A DNA stretch of 63,833 nt, counting the filler, from Asterionella formosa (taxonomy: Eukaryota), in the NCBI GenBank assembly GCA_002256025.1. It is 20 parts of 20 records of this genome, joined end to end, with 100 filler letters (N's around TTAATTAATTAA, not from the genome) between each part and the next. Parts side by side here need not be neighbours in the genome. Positions count along the whole stretch, not along the records: positions 25,621 to 28,715 come from NKIB01014483.1; positions 28,816 to 31,910 come from NKIB01014484.1; positions 32,011 to 35,104 come from NKIB01014486.1; positions 35,205 to 38,298 come from NKIB01014487.1; positions 38,399 to 41,491 come from NKIB01014488.1; 15 more parts are not named here. One strand, given 5' to 3'. Under the pieces are notes generated by a model. It did not search any database. It was not told where the DNA came from and worked only from the letters and a program-made list of their open reading frames with translations. Of the stretch, positions 26,137-39,983 are shown one piece after another. The position numbers were made by a program, and so were the translations under genes. Within the stretch, counting starts at the first letter, position 1. Each line of letters starts with the position of its first letter.

Positions 26137-27297
26137 ATGACAAGCATTAGCTTTTCCGCACCTCGTGTCGAACAAGAACAAGTCTCCAATGAGATACTGG
26201 AACTTTCATTCGAGGAGAAAGAGTATAGGCGACATTGTCTGTATGGCCAAGAGCAAATGACCAACGAAAGCATCGACATGCTTCAGACCCTTCTGAACAC
26301 ACTGAAGGATGAACTAGATTCCTTGAGAACTCCAGAAAAACAAGTCTACCTTCGTGCTCAAGATCAATGTCCCGACTATGTCAACAGCAGAGATTTTCAA
26401 CTCATGTTCCTTCGTGCAGATCGATACGACGCCAAGGTAAAGTGCAAACCACACAACTTTTCAAGAACGTGCACATACCTTTGCGCTCATTAGTAAATTT
26501 GGTTCTTCTCACACAATCATGGCAATTTCTCCCTCCGCATATTACAGAAAGCGGCACGAAGAATCACAATGTACTGGGACGAGAAACTCAAGATTTTCGG
26601 CGAAGATCATACCTTTAAGCCACTGACTCTCGCCGACATGCGGGAAGAAGACTATTTCGCATTAACCAATGGTGGAGTGCAAGCTCTACCGGAACAAGAC
26701 AATGTTGGCAGAGGCATTCTCTTTACCAACCCTGGCAAGTGGGACCATGGAGTACAAAGCCGTGGTAGTATGGTAAGTCTCATCACGAACCACAATCACT
26801 CATTACACTCTATTTCGTCGTCTCAATCTTTTGCTTGTCCCTAATAGCTACGGACTTGTTTCTATAATGCGCATGTTCTTGTTGCGTATAACACCTTGAT
26901 TCAAAAGAAGGGTGTTATCATTCTAAGCGCCAGTCGATCTATCTTGAAGGCCCAGGATTTTGATCGCTGTCTCACCAAGCGCCTGTTGAAGCTCGCAAAT
27001 ACAGCACTTCCTATCAGAATTGTGGCCTTTCACCACGTGATTCGTTCCAACATTGTGGCTATGTTGATGCCATATGTCTTCTATCTCATGGGCAAGGATT
27101 TGAGGATGTTATATACACCCCACAATGGAAACAGTGATAATGTCATTCTTGATGACTTGGCAGAGTATGGTTTAGATTCTACTATATTGCCTTCAGAAGT
27201 TGGAGGGGCGCGAAATTGGAACCCAGATCTCTTTCTAGAATTCCATCGGAAACAGGAAAGCGATTCTAATATCAACCTACTTTTGCATGCTTGCTAA
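26137..27297 (+). CDS. CRAL-TRIO/Sec14-like lipid-binding protein; 3 exons (26137-26436, 26548-26772, 26848-27297)
   Basis: LMFLRADRYDAK|KAARRI..YW, DNVGRGI, LPIRIVAFH, ILPSEVGG. Two phase-0 GT-AG introns join three ORFs in frame. Confidence 0.85.
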
Positions 27298-27552
27298 CTA
27301 GTAAGAATTTGAGAGCCTGTCAAGCCAGCGAAAGAAAGAACACATTGAACGATACTTTCCATCTTGTTGTATCCATTTGTCCATAAAGAAATGATGCAAT
27401 CTGTATCATATATTGAGAAATTACATAAAATAGTCAACGAGCGTATTTACATCATTGCTTGTGCTGCAGTCTACAGTCGTCACAGTCGAAAGAAGTATTT
27501 GATCATCATGTTTTGTACCACTGCTTTTTCGCTCCGACACAATAGATTATAA

Positions 27553-28715
27553 TCACTTCTTCTTTGTTGTACCAACTTTTGTTCGTGATGGCAATATCGT
27601 ATCCTTGTCAGCACCTATAATCACTTCCTGTTTGGTTTTCATATCAATACATCTCATGTATGGAAGACCTTCACAACAATGTGTGCAGCAGTCACATTTG
27701 ACTTCTGGTTTGCGACCATAACAATCCGTAGCCAAGAAACGTAACTTTTTCTGACAAATCTCTGCTGGCATGGTCCCGACAAAGAAATTATCATGCAAAT
27801 CCATTTCTTTGAGTGTAGGAACTTTAGCAAGTTCAGAGGGAATGGTTCCAGTCAATGCATTTGCATAAACATCAAGAATTTCTGTACAGCAAAGTAGTAG
27901 TAGAAGTAGTAGAAGGGGGTTCATTACAAAACAGAAGCATTGGTGACAATAGATCTCGATAAGTTGAACTTACCTAGGCTCCTCAAATTGGCAAGCTCCG
28001 TTGGCAACTTTCCAGCAAAGTAGTTACCAAATAGATGCAATTCCTCTGCCATGCACAACAAACAAACTGTTAGCACCACGACAAGCCAGCCAGATACAAG
28101 CAAGCAAATACCTCTCACAAAACTTACTCAAACTTCGCATCAAACCAATTTCTGAATGAATCGATCCAAAGAAGCCATTCATATGCAATCGTAAAATTTC
28201 AACATGAGTCCATGCCGCCAAGACAACATGAGGCAAAACCCCTTGCAAATCATTGCCATGTACATCTACTTCAACAACCTTCTGCAACACTGCCAATTCT
28301 CTAGGAAGTAGTCCATTTAAATCATTGAATCCTAAATCAATGGATTTTACATTCCCCCAGGAGTCACACGATATTCCATACCATGTACATTCGGATTTAC
28401 TGGTCAACCAAGAATCAGCAAGTTTCCACTTGGCCCCCGTGGTGGCAAAGTACAAGACAGCCAGTGCGTATCGCTGACCAAAGGTCTTGGAGGATGGCGA
28501 GGCCATCTTCTTTTCATACAAGATCCAACAGGCTGCCTTGTGTTGATGCGACCCCTCCATGGCCAGGGAGAAGTGACCAGATGTTTGGAGGAGCCATTGG
28601 AGCGCCGCGTGGCCTCGCTTGGATGTAATGGCTGGCTTTCCTGGACACAATTTGACGTATTTGTTGGTGTCGTAGTATGACTTCTTCGTCTTCTTTGCGG
28701 CAGCTACTACTGAAG
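27553..28715 (-). CDS. LRR protein, 5'-partial; exons 28715-28128, 28045-27974, 27881-27553
   Basis: QRYALAVLYFATTG..W..ECTWYGISC cap, LRRs and a DC..CDCCTHC terminus; two phase-1 GTAAG introns. Confidence 0.87.
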
Positions 28716-28815
28716 NNNNNNNNNNNNNNNNNNNNNNNNNNNNNNNNNNNNNNNNNNNNTTAATTAATTAANNNNNNNNNNNNNNNNNNNNNNNNNNNNN
28801 NNNNNNNNNNNNNNN

Positions 28816-31800
28816 ATTTCTTCAGCTGTACTTCCCAGTATTCTCCAAATTTATCATGCTTGCGCATATATTCCACACCTAAGTGTTTTCGTAGGGGACC
28901 TTGTTCCGTGATATTAAAATCCTCCTTGATCATATCTTTCATGTAGTCCACTGCATTCCTGGTACCACAAATAATTCCATCATCCACATAGTTTGCCAAC
29001 AGCCCTTCAATTTGTCCATCGTTGCTACGGTAGATAAACAACATTGGGTCTATTTCGCTTTTCGTTATACCTGTCTTGCTGGTGACGCATTTCGCAAATG
29101 TCTTGGACCAGCATCTTGGAGCTTGTACAATTCCATACATAGCCTTAATTAATTTGCAGATATGTATATTCTGATTGATCCCTGTCAATCCTTCTGGGGG
29201 CTCAATATAAATGTCTTCGTCGACGTCAGCATTTAAAAACGCTGCTTCAACGTCAATTGCTTCCGCTATCCAACCGTAGTACAAAGTAACAGCCAGAACA
29301 GTTTTTATTGTAGCATCACTTGCAACAGGAGCGAATGTTTCAGTAAAATCAACTCCCGGGATCTGTTCATATCCCTTTACAACCAACCGTGCCTTGTATA
29401 CTGTCTTTCCAGTTATCACGTCCTCCTTAATACGGAAGACCCATCTTGTCTTAAGAGCTCTCTTGTTCACGTCATTTCTCTTAACTATTGTCCACACTCC
29501 TCTTGCTTGGAAGTTTTCAAATTCTTTCTTTATAGCTTTCATCCACTCTTTGCGATCAGGTCTTACCATTGCCTCATCATAACTATTTGGTAAACCTGGG
29601 TCCGATGCAAGACTTGCATTGAATACGAAATTTACTTCAGTTTCCTTATTCGAAGAAGCTTCCTCCTCAATCACATTTGGTAGTGAAGTGTCTGGAGGGA
29701 ATTTAACATTTTTAGTTGGATTGTATGATGAGTCCAACTTCTTCATTTCTCGTTCCAACTTTGCCTGTTGCTTCAAAACATTTCTCTTTTCTAGGTCAGA
29801 AATTTCATCACTCCTTGAGGTAGATTTTCCTTTTTCAGTGTCTGCGGTTGATTTATCCTTGTCGTCATCATCTTCCTTGTTGTCTGAACCTTCTGGTAGT
29901 AAATCTTCATTGTAGAAATCATCATCTAATCCATCATTATTGACTTCAGCTTCTGGTTGAACTGTTACTTTCTCTTTAGCATTGTCCTTGTAGATTTTTC
30001 CTAGTCCATCTGTAGGTGCATTTGTTCCATGCCACTCACTCCACCTAACATCGCGTGTATTGATTACAGTGTTAGTCTCATGATTATACATACGATACGT
30101 ATCTTGGGAGTGGTCCTCCGAATAACCCAAAAAGACACACTTGAAAGAACGTGCGTCTAATTTCTTAATGCCGTGTCTTGCAGTAACCCATCCTACGCGC
30201 CCAAATTGCTTGTATAACTTGTAGGGCCTTCTTGGATTCATTTCGCCGTAGAACATGTCATCAGGACTTCTTTTAGTTACTGAGTTAACTGTACTATTTG
30301 TTAAACGTGTAGCTGTATGTACCGCCTCTGCCCATAATAGCCCTTGGTACTCATCTGTTAGTTTTGCACTTAGCATCATTGCTAGTGCCCTCTCTCGCAC
30401 AATGACAAAACCGCGTTCCGCTACACCATTGTGTTGTGGAGTGTGCGGGGCAGTAAATTCCATTTTTATACCGCGATTTTCACATACCTTTCTCAATTGT
30501 TTAGTATTCTCGCCTGCGTCATCGCAACGGACATACTTTGTCTTGTGACCGGCTCCGGCTAAACTTGATAGTAAAACTTCAATGACTGTTCCGATATCGC
30601 TCTTCTTTTTAATGAAATAGCTCCAGCGCTTTCTTGTGTAGTCGTCCACTGCCATGACCCAGTACTGATTGCCAACAGCGGATTTCGCGTAAGGTCCGCT
30701 GATGTCCACAAACAGTCTCTCTCCAGGTACCGTCGATTTTTCTTGCGTTGTTTTTGGGACGGCTCGTGCTTTCGCTTTCGCTGCCGCACAGCCAGCGCAC
30801 ACTGTCATGATGCCGCTCAACTTCCATCCAAATAATTTCGCCGTATTTTGCAAACATTTCTCGCCCACATGACCAAGCATCGCATGCGCTTCATTGATAT
30901 CGACAATCACATAATTATTTTCAAACTCACCATTTTGATCATTCCATTTGTTCTTTCCTTTGTTCGCTTTCTTTGCTTCAACTTTCGTCCAATCGTTTTC
31001 GTTGTAGTCGTCGATCGATTTTTGTGTAGTGTTCTCTTGTAGTTGCTCGATTTCCATTACCGTTTGCTTGATGATCGGATTACCTTCGACATGATACATT
31101 GCTCCGAGCTTTCGAGTTTTATCTCTTTTGCAGGTCAGAAAGCCGCTCTTGTTTCGTATCGTCATCCTATCGTCCTCGAAGATCACTTGATTACCCTTGT
31201 CGATCATTCTAGAGACACTGATGATGTTCTGCTTGAACTCCGGTGCATAAAGCACATCGGTGAGTTTCAAGCATTTTCCTTCGTCCGTAGTCGTCAGGGT
31301 CACGGTACCAGAGACAGTTGATACTATCTCAGTTCCATTCCCTACCACGACCGTTTCACTCACTTGTTTCTTGTCTTCCATCATGCGCACGTCCGTGCAG
31401 ATGTGAACAGTAGCACCGCTGTCTAACAACCAGCGATTTCTGACGTCACGAGCGAGGTTGACTTCCTCGTTGTAACTAATTTCGATGCACGTGTCGACGA
31501 ACATTCCTTGCTGGGTAGATGTAGTCGTGTTGTTTTCTTCGTTTTTATTATTTTTAGATGCACTGTTACTGGTGCACTCATTTGCGTAGTGTCCCATGCG
31601 TTGGCACTTGAAACACTTGATCGTTTTCCTCTTTTCTTTCTGCTCAGGAGTGAGCTCCTTCTTGTTGGCACTATTGCCCTTACTGCGACATTCAGCCGCC
31701 TTGTGGCCATACTTGCCACACTTACGACAGTCACCTTTGAACTTCCCTTTCGTGTAGAAGGCCTGTTCACTCTTGTTCTTGTCAGTCGTTTTGACGTCAT

Positions 31801-31910
31801 CCCGGACATATAGATCGTAGTAGTCCCGGATGTCTGTCTTAATCTCTTCGACCGTTAGCGTGTTGCGCGCCAGGCCGAACCTTCCTACTACCAAACTCTT
31901 GTAGCTTTCA
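28816..31910 (-). mobile_element. Ty1/copia gag-pol, family B, open across the contig (partial at both ends)
   Basis: Two CCHC knuckles, protease WLLDSGAT, H..LGH..C..C, integrase D-D-E (FVDISGP, RCDDAGE, NGVAER), RT YKARLVVKGY and YVDD; more than 1000 codons without a stop. Confidence 0.96.
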
Positions 31911-32010
31911 NNNNNNNNNNNNNNNNNNNNNNNNNNNNNNNNNNNNNNNNNNNNTTAATTAATTAANNNNNNNNNNNNNNNNNNNNNNNNNNNNNNNNNN
32001 NNNNNNNNNN

Positions 32011-32255
32011 TCTGGGGGTAACTGTCCTCCCACTTGCATTTCTGTCAGCTTTTGCACAAAACCAAAGTATTCGTCTTCATTCAGTTTGCTATTACCGTCT
32101 ATATCTGACGCCAGCATCGTAGTCAGACAACCTTGATTGGAAATAAGTCGCCTCGCATAATATGAACCGACAGCCGAACCATCTTCGAACAATCCGGCAG
32201 ATGCACTGAAGAGCAAGGCTACTAAACATAGTAAATAGGTAACGTAATCGCTCAT
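32011..32255 (-). CDS. 5' end of a secreted protein with an EF-hand-like motif (partial)
   Basis: Signal peptide MSDYVTYLLCLVALLFSASA; DIDGNSKLNEDE fits the EF-hand loop. Confidence 0.6.
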
Positions 32256-33626
32256 TATAGGGCAGTTTTGTTCCCCCCTTTCCCTTTGTCTAGCTCCCTT
32301 GCTGTATTTATTGTTTCTACTGTGTTCACGAGAGGGCTTCTTCAGAAAGTCATGCAAACGGTAACTGACTGAACTTGTTTGAAACGATCAATGAAATAGT
32401 GACAATTGTTTGACTACTGACAAATGAGCGATGGAAGAGGCTGCAATAATACCTAAAATTAGAGAGCAAAAACAAGAAATATTCTACGAATTATAATTCA
32501 TAACATTTATAAATTCGTTCAATACCGGTACTTGGAGCACATATAAGCCGGTGGGCTATAGTACCGGTTTATACGTAGTCTACCGGCATGAGGTTGTATA
32601 TCGCTTTCCTTTTGTCTTATACATAGTATATTCCTCTTCTATTTCTCATTGACAAACTGAGTGATTACTATGTATTGAAAATAACGTTGGGGTCGTACTA
32701 TGGCTAATGATAGAATCGTTTGGCTAGACTTCATTTCTAGCTAACAGCTCGCAGCTTTTTGTATTTCGGCATGATCCAGTTCATCGCAATTTCTCTAATT
32801 AATCATGAAATGTTGACGGTTCCTATTTGCCTTCTTGCCGAAAATTCAGGACTACTGGGACAGTCGTACATACGTATAATTAATTATGAATGACTGAAAA
32901 TTTCGAAGACCTCAATAAAGTGAAGTCTTTATAATTATTTAAATTCTATATGTACTGTACATATTGAAATGTAATGGCTGAAAAATTCATTCACATCCAC
33001 AAAAAAGGCTATATTAAAATACTAAGTACCCGGTACCGGTAGGTTCGCAAGAAAGAACCGACTTCCGGTACAGGCAACGGTACTTCTTTTCGGAATATCA
33101 GTAAATTAAGCAAGATTTCATGAGATAGTATATAATTAAGTTCGGTTATAAAGATTTCAAAAAATTCTGCTCCTATCATTACTTAGGCATTTTTAGCTAT
33201 AAATATACTTATCTTCAGGTTCCTGTATATACTGTATGTAATAGATATTCTTCCTGACAAAATTACTTACCGGTACTACATAGAATATAATCGACCGACT
33301 GAAAATTGTGTGTGGTTGCAATTCATTTCGCGGCTGCTCGATGATACTATATAACAGGTAACAGGTGACAGGTACCAGGGGTACCAGGTACCTGGTAGAT
33401 ACCATCACTCCATGTCTAGTGCGGTACAAGACTACGAAAACATGAATGGCCATAAAAGGTTTCGCTGAGATTTGATTATTTCTCGGGTACGTATCGTAGT
33501 ATCGTCAGAAAATCGTGACAAAACTTGTTATCCTACGATGTATACCGGTAGAGGTTCAAAGCGGTAAAAGATTTTCGTGTGAGGCTCAAAGAAGCGTGGA
33601 AAAATGGGGAGAATGTAGGATCCTCC

Positions 33627-33759
33627 TACATTTTTGGGGAGAAATTCTCCCCTTTATTCCCCGCTGACGTTTATTCCCCTCTAGCTTTTAATACGTATAT
33701 TTTCTGCGGCCCCGTCAGCAGCCGCTTATTGGGGAGACTTTTCTCCCCAAAAACATGTA
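33627..33759. repeat. MITE-like 133-bp unit with ~26-bp terminal inverted repeats
   Basis: TACATTTTTGGGGAGAAATTCTCCC ... GGGAGACTTTTCTCCCCAAAAACATGTA. Confidence 0.55.
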
Positions 33760-33942
33760 GAAACAGCGTTCAATTTTGTACCATCGTAGGATTCACGTTG
33801 ACAGTACATGCATGATAGCTACAGCTACTAGCTATACCGGTAGTACTAGGGGTTCTGACTCAGCCAATTATGAATATCAATTGAGAACAACAACAATCAA
33901 CAATACACCTATGGAAGTGACCCACTGCCACATCAAAACATC

Positions 33943-34990
33943 ATGTCAGACAATGAAGAAATAGTTTATGCATCTCAAGAGAGATGCATGGTGAAGGAGC
34001 TTCCAAGGTCAACTGCACATACTAACTGCCCTGGATGTGGGTATAGCATTCATGCTCTTTGCAGTCATTTGCATGAAGAAGCAGATATTCAGTTCAAAAC
34101 AACATGCTTCCATTGCTATGAAAAGTTCGGTTGTGCCCTGATGGATCCAGATGATGCAACTGCATTGCAACAACTACAACAAGATGAAGAGAGGAGACAT
34201 GATTCTGATCAAGGACAAGAGGAGGGCATAGTAGTACTTGCGCATGTAAATATCATGGATAGCGTTTTTCCACCAGAGATTGACAAACAAGGCAGCACTA
34301 TTAGAGAACATGATACACAAAAAGCGAAGAAGGAAGCAAATAAAATGAAGTCCCTACAGCTCATGAATTTAGCAAATACCAGAGGGAACACAAGAGCAAA
34401 ATCAACAATGATCCGGCACCAGTCTGAACATGAAGTCTTTCTGTTGTTATATATATAAAAACATGAGGACCAGCTACTAGTACCAGAGATGCTAGCACAT
34501 ATCACTGATGATATTGACAACATTCCCATTCATATGAAGAAAGCAAGATCAGTGATACGCAGTTTTCTTGAAAGGGAAGTCTCTACAGGATTGCATCCAA
34601 TTGAATTTGAGGACTTAAACCCTAAGGACTTCGCAAAGTATCTTGGGACCCTCAGTAATCCAGTGTTGGGCTGTCTACTCAGTCAGAAGATGTATAAAAA
34701 CAAGAAGACATCACTTTACAACCTGTTTAAGAAGTATAAGATGAAGGCTACAGACAACTTGTTCGATGATGAGCTGAAAGATCTCATTGCTAGCGTCAAA
34801 TGAATTTCAAGTAAGGCAAAACAAAATGGGATGGGTGGCCTTGAGGAGGGAAAACATGAATTGACAATCAACCTGTACCTAAAAATAAACATATGGTTGA
34901 TTGAAGAAGGCTCTCCATCAGCTGTTTTTGCACGTGCATTTTTATCTCTAACTTGGAATTTGATGTGCCGTGTTGATAGTACTGATGGAA
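33943..34990 (+). pseudogene. Crypton-like tyrosine recombinase (NDC10-II type), N-terminal part, disrupted
   Basis: Y..KKTSLYNLF; EEGKHELTINLY; FARAFLSLTWNLMCR, which carries the first catalytic Arg. In-frame stops at 34456 and 34801; Cys/His-rich N-terminus. Confidence 0.7.
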
Positions 34991-35627
34991 ACTGTTGTAC
35001 AAATCATCTAAATAATTTATTTATTTACCGGTACTGTGCATGCAAGGACGTTTAATTAGTTGCATTAACACCGATGATGAGGATGAGTGCATTCTGTTTC
35101 TAGCNNNNNNNNNNNNNNNNNNNNNNNNNNNNNNNNNNNNNNNNNNNNTTAATTAATTAANNNNNNNNNNNNNNNNNNNNNNNNNNNNNNNNNNNNNNNN
35201 NNNNCTTTGATGGGCTTAATTTCATTTTCTTCGATATCAATGATTGTTCGCTTCGCGGCTTCTAGGTCTGCAGCAGACATGATGGCGTTTTATGTAGTAC
35301 GATGAGAGTGTAAAAGATGATGGGTTATGTAGACATGTATAAATGTGTGTAGGTGTGTAAATAAATATCTGAAGCTAGAGACATGCAATGAGCAGGAGAA
35401 CAGAGCAGCCAGAATGTATGTACCGGTAGCAACCACAATATGTAGTAGCGGTCAAACCCAATGATGTGCGATAAAAAGCAACATCCTTACCTGGCGGCTG
35501 GCTGATGTTAACCGTGGTCACCGCGTGGGCTGGATGCACGAGAGTCGAACGGCGGAGGATGAAGATGACGAGGAGTGATTCTGTGGCCTGGCTGCTGGCT
35601 GTGATATTGCGCAGTAAGAAGAAGCTA

Positions 35628-35680
35628 CTACCAGGTACCGGTACCTGTTATCGGTACCTGGTACCAGGTACCTGGTACCC
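35628..35680. repeat. Palindromic TACC(A/T)GG / TACCGG micro-array
   Basis: CTACCAGGTACCGGTACCTGTTATCGGTACCTGGTACCAGGTACCTGGTACCC. Confidence 0.9.
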
Positions 35681-38585
35681 TGAACACCATGGTATTGGAG
35701 TACCTGCAAGGGCAGTTGCGGTATTTGTCCAGAACTAAAAGGTTAGCTAACTTTATCCCATATTAAATTGTTTATTTAAGCAAAATGACCGCAACTTGCT
35801 GGTACATGGCCATTTTTGCTGTAATGTTGTGAGTGCCAGGAAGGTAGCCCACGTTTTCTGCGCGTTTTCATGTAATAACTTCATTTCTTATGCGCACTGT
35901 TTCAGTTTCGACTTACTCCAAATGATTTGTTCTGTGCCTGCTGGATGGGATAGGCCAGCTTTTGATGGAAATAATATTCCACAAGATATTTACGAAAACG
36001 TTACCAGTACTCTTATTGACCAATGATGATTTGCAAAGTCAGTCTCTGAACCTGGTGACTCAGATTTGATGACTGATGAACCTGTTCAGCAAACAGTCTT
36101 CTAGCTTCGGATTACAAATAGGAATCATCTCTTTCTACATTTAGAAATTGCTGACAATGAACAGAATTTGCGAAAAAGAATAGATTTTTCTGAATGACCC
36201 TAGTGCCTATGAACTATTACTATAGTACATGAACAGACACAACCACCACTACTACCCCCTGATAGCCTTGCAAAACCTATGAACTTACGTATCATTATAT
36301 CTATATAAACATGGTCACAGTCATTATCATACCTGATGCAACAGCCTACCAGGGTACCGCTTTATTTGCAATATCATACATATCATGGGATATATGATGT
36401 TCCCAAAGAATTGTAGCCCTTGTGGATGCTAGCTAGTATATAATTATTTAGCCTAGATATTGCGATTCTTCTTTCTATGTATAAAAGACGACAGTGTAGT
36501 CGTTGTAAGCAGCTGCAGAATACTGCATCATGTCGTCTCAGCCTTGACCATGACGAAAACAAAAAATATCGCCATGAAAAATGAGAATGACGCATTGCTA
36601 TTTGGTACATATATTAAGCAAGACATAGGAAATACAATCAAAAAGGAATTATTTTAAAAACACTTATGTTGACAACGTAAACGGGAAGTCGCCGATGGCG
36701 CATATTTTCATTTAATTTATAGAGGCGGAATTCAGAACAACAGTGATACAAACAGATTTGACACTTTCACAGTATGCAATACTCTACAGTACAATAATCT
36801 GTAGTTCGAAGCAAATTTTGTTTGATTCCTTTATTTAATTAAAATATCAATTAATAGTTGATTGATATTTTCAAAATGACTCTTTTGTTTATGATTACTG
36901 ATCCAGTTGGTGATTAGTGCATACAACTAGAAATCTGCTGAAAACGATTTGAATTTGCCAACAACGACTAGAAATTAGGGTAAGCCATATAAGCAAACTG
37001 TTCTTCCAGTTGCTGAATGCCATCACCATTGCCAGTAATAGTAAATGAACACAATTTCGGTGAGCAGAGCACAACTTGAATTTAATGAATGATAATTTAA
37101 CATTGTAGAAAGTTATCAAAGAGGAATGGAAAGTCAGCCTATCTCTAGTAGCGATGGGATGAGTGATGGGGAGTGAATCGAAACTGAATAAGTGCGCATA
37201 AAACGTGTGCTACTGGGCCTTCTTGGTGAAAGCTCCCTCCTACCAGGTACTTGTACCTAGACACCACCTGGTACTCCCTCGTCTGTCCAATATTAGTTGT
37301 GTCGATGATTCAAACTTTTTCGGGGCCATTTAGATTCCTCCGATTTTCTACGTTTTAATTGCCCTATTGTGCGGCTTGCCCTAAGCTATAGATCCATGCA
37401 TGTAATAAATATATTTAGAAAGATTAAAATTGGCAACTGCATTTCAAAAAAATGAGTTTGTGCTTTTTTGATTTTCACTTATGCCTATCTCTCACTCAAG
37501 CAACATGCAGATGCATGAGGACCCATTTTTCTTCGAACCACTTATTCTTAACATACACAAAGAGTAGGATATAACAGTAGAGCAATGGCAACTTAACTTT
37601 GGGTGCAAGTTGCGCAACTGCAAAAGCGGCGATGATGCAAAGGAAGAAAATGATGATGTGCACGCTTTGATCATCAGAACCATTGAATATACGCCATGTG
37701 GTCTATGTAACTGTAACAGCCGTAGAAAGTGTATGAAATGACTGTTATTCTCTTCAAATTATCATTACGATAGTGATTGGTGTTATTCCGTTTCCCGCAA
37801 ATATTTGATTGGCCAGCCGTACATCGTTTTTACTACCGGGTAGTGTGGCACCGGTACTCCGGAGTAAAACTTTGCTTACCTGTATGTTTGTACACGGTGG
37901 CAGGCAGGTTGTCAGAGCACTGTAGAGTCATAACCGGTAAATACTGGCAATAGCCACTTTGCATGTGCTATCCTACGTAGCTACATGCAAGCACAACTAC
38001 CGGTACCAGGTACCACCAGTCAAAGATAGGCAGTACTCCCATCACATGCACACCGTCGATCTAGTCGGTGATTTTCTGTATACTCCACTTACTGGCACAA
38101 GCAGATTGTTTTCTTCTCTCCATTTTCTTTGCGATTATGGTAAGTTTAGGTACGTGTCTAGAAGACTACCGGGTGCAGTGATAGGCGTAACAAGCAGATA
38201 TATTACAGGACACGAGCAATGGATCCTGATAGAGTTTTACAAATAGTGTCTAAAGGTGGAAATGTTCGGCTTGTCATCCATTTTTGCGTACTTTTTATNN
38301 NNNNNNNNNNNNNNNNNNNNNNNNNNNNNNNNNNNNNNNNNNTTAATTAATTAANNNNNNNNNNNNNNNNNNNNNNNNNNNNNNNNNNNNNNNNNNNNGC
38401 CACCATCCTAGCATCCCTGGAAATTTCCATGGAAGCCACAAAGAAGACGTCAAACGAGTTAGTGTTCAGAGCGTTGCATGACAGAGTCCAATTCCCGCTG
38501 TCTTGCCATGTTAAGACTCGAATTACAGGCAATCTATTGTCCCATACACTTCCACTAGCAATACACATATATATGCAGGTCTTGA

Positions 38586-38700
38586 CAGAGATACAAAAGT
38601 TTAAAAATTGTTGCTCGACCCAATTTTTTGTATCTCCAACATCTGGGTGGTATGTTGCTTTCGGCAACACATTATTTGTTGCTCCGAAATGTGTATCTGT
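38586..38700 (+). repeat. ~115-bp repeat; inverted partner at 39984-40099
   Basis: Its reverse complement AGATACACATTTCGGAGCAACAAATAATGTGTTGC...TTTTGTATCTCT matches 39984-40099. Confidence 0.88.
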
Positions 38701-38799
38701 GTGTATCGCTGCAGATACAGCATTAAGCGACACTAATTTACAAATTTAATTTATGTCATGTAATTAAATGAATCAACAAAGACACCATTTTTATCTCTA

Positions 38800-39290
38800 A
38801 TGGCACCAATGGAAACGAAGTTTTGAAGGAGGGATCAGCAGCAGGCATTATTATTGCAACTCGTTTAATTACCAACAAAAATGGTCGCATGGTGGAAGAA
38901 TGGCGACTATCTGTTCATGACACTGCCAAGTCCATTATGCTCCGACAATGTACGCAGGAAGCTGCTTGCATGGTCGGAGAGAAAAAGTATAGTTGAATTG
39001 ACATTCACGGTTGGGAAGGAATAGGACAGTCGGCGGCCCTTACCACAATTGTTGTTTCTGCTCGAAATTCGGGATACATTGTCCTAGTATACATGCCTGA
39101 CGGCGATTACATGCGTCTGTTGATAGGCCAAGCGTCCTTCATAAGGGTTTTTATAATATGTCCTTTCAATCGCAAGAAATTTGCGCCAAGTTCTTGCAGT
39201 GTCACGAAAATGATTTGGAAGGACATTTTAGTGCAGCACCGACCCCTATTATGAGGAATCAATTGAAACAATACATATCCAAACATCTAC
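38800..39290 (+). pseudogene. Fragment resembling mitoribosomal protein mS29/DAP3
   Basis: EEWRL..SIMLRQ, then a degenerate P-loop GWEGIGQSAALTTIVVSARNSGYIVLVYMPDG; frameshifts. Confidence 0.5.
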
Positions 39291-39500
39291 CACCAAACAA
39301 AGAATCCGAATTGTCAAAGGCAACCAATCATGGCGAACCGAAATGAAATGAAACAAAAAGATTGGGGTATAAAGTTCGTCGTTGTAAATACAAGTGGATG
39401 TGTTGCAGTCAAGAAAATGATAGCTATGCGTTCAGAAGGAGGATGAAATATTCATAATTTTGTTATCTCTTGTGTAATTTTTCTATTAAAGGTGTTTGTT

Positions 39501-39704
39501 TTAGATTTGAAACTTTATATTGGCTTGCAAGCCAGAATTACTGGGAAGCATGTCGACAGAGATTTCAAAAACGTTGGCCATTCGGAGTTTAGTGATGGTC
39601 TCTGATTTTGCGGCGATGAAAGACCTTTTCGGACAAATGGATTGAATGAAAGCATCAACACCAGCCAAAAGACAAGAGGCAATTGCGATAACCGAAGCTC
39701 TCAT
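39501..39704 (-). pseudogene. N-terminal fragment of a plastid-targeted protein
   Basis: MRASVIAIASCLLAGVDA|F (bipartite signal with +1 Phe), basic transit peptide, then a stop after ~25 mature residues. Confidence 0.5.
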
Positions 39705-39983
39705 TTTATAATTTACTAGGAGGATATGTTGAGGAAGGCTGATGAGTGTCGCTGTCATGATGGAAATAGTCTTCATCCTTTGTGGCGTTTAATACCAAGT
39801 AATATCAATAGCAACAAATTCGAATACTGAGTCTGATGCACATGACTGCGGAGACACGAAAAAAACGGCTAACTGTTTTGCCATTACTGAGGTCTATTTG
39901 TGAAATCTACCTCTGTAAAGATTCATTTTTTCTGAAGATACAATTAAAAAATTAAAGAAATGTATCTCTGTTAACCTGCCCAT

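Noticed and set aside
35205..38298. Short ORFs across this contig
   Set aside because: No recognisable protein motifs; only a possible 25-codon gene start (minus strand, ATG 35280) at the contig edge.
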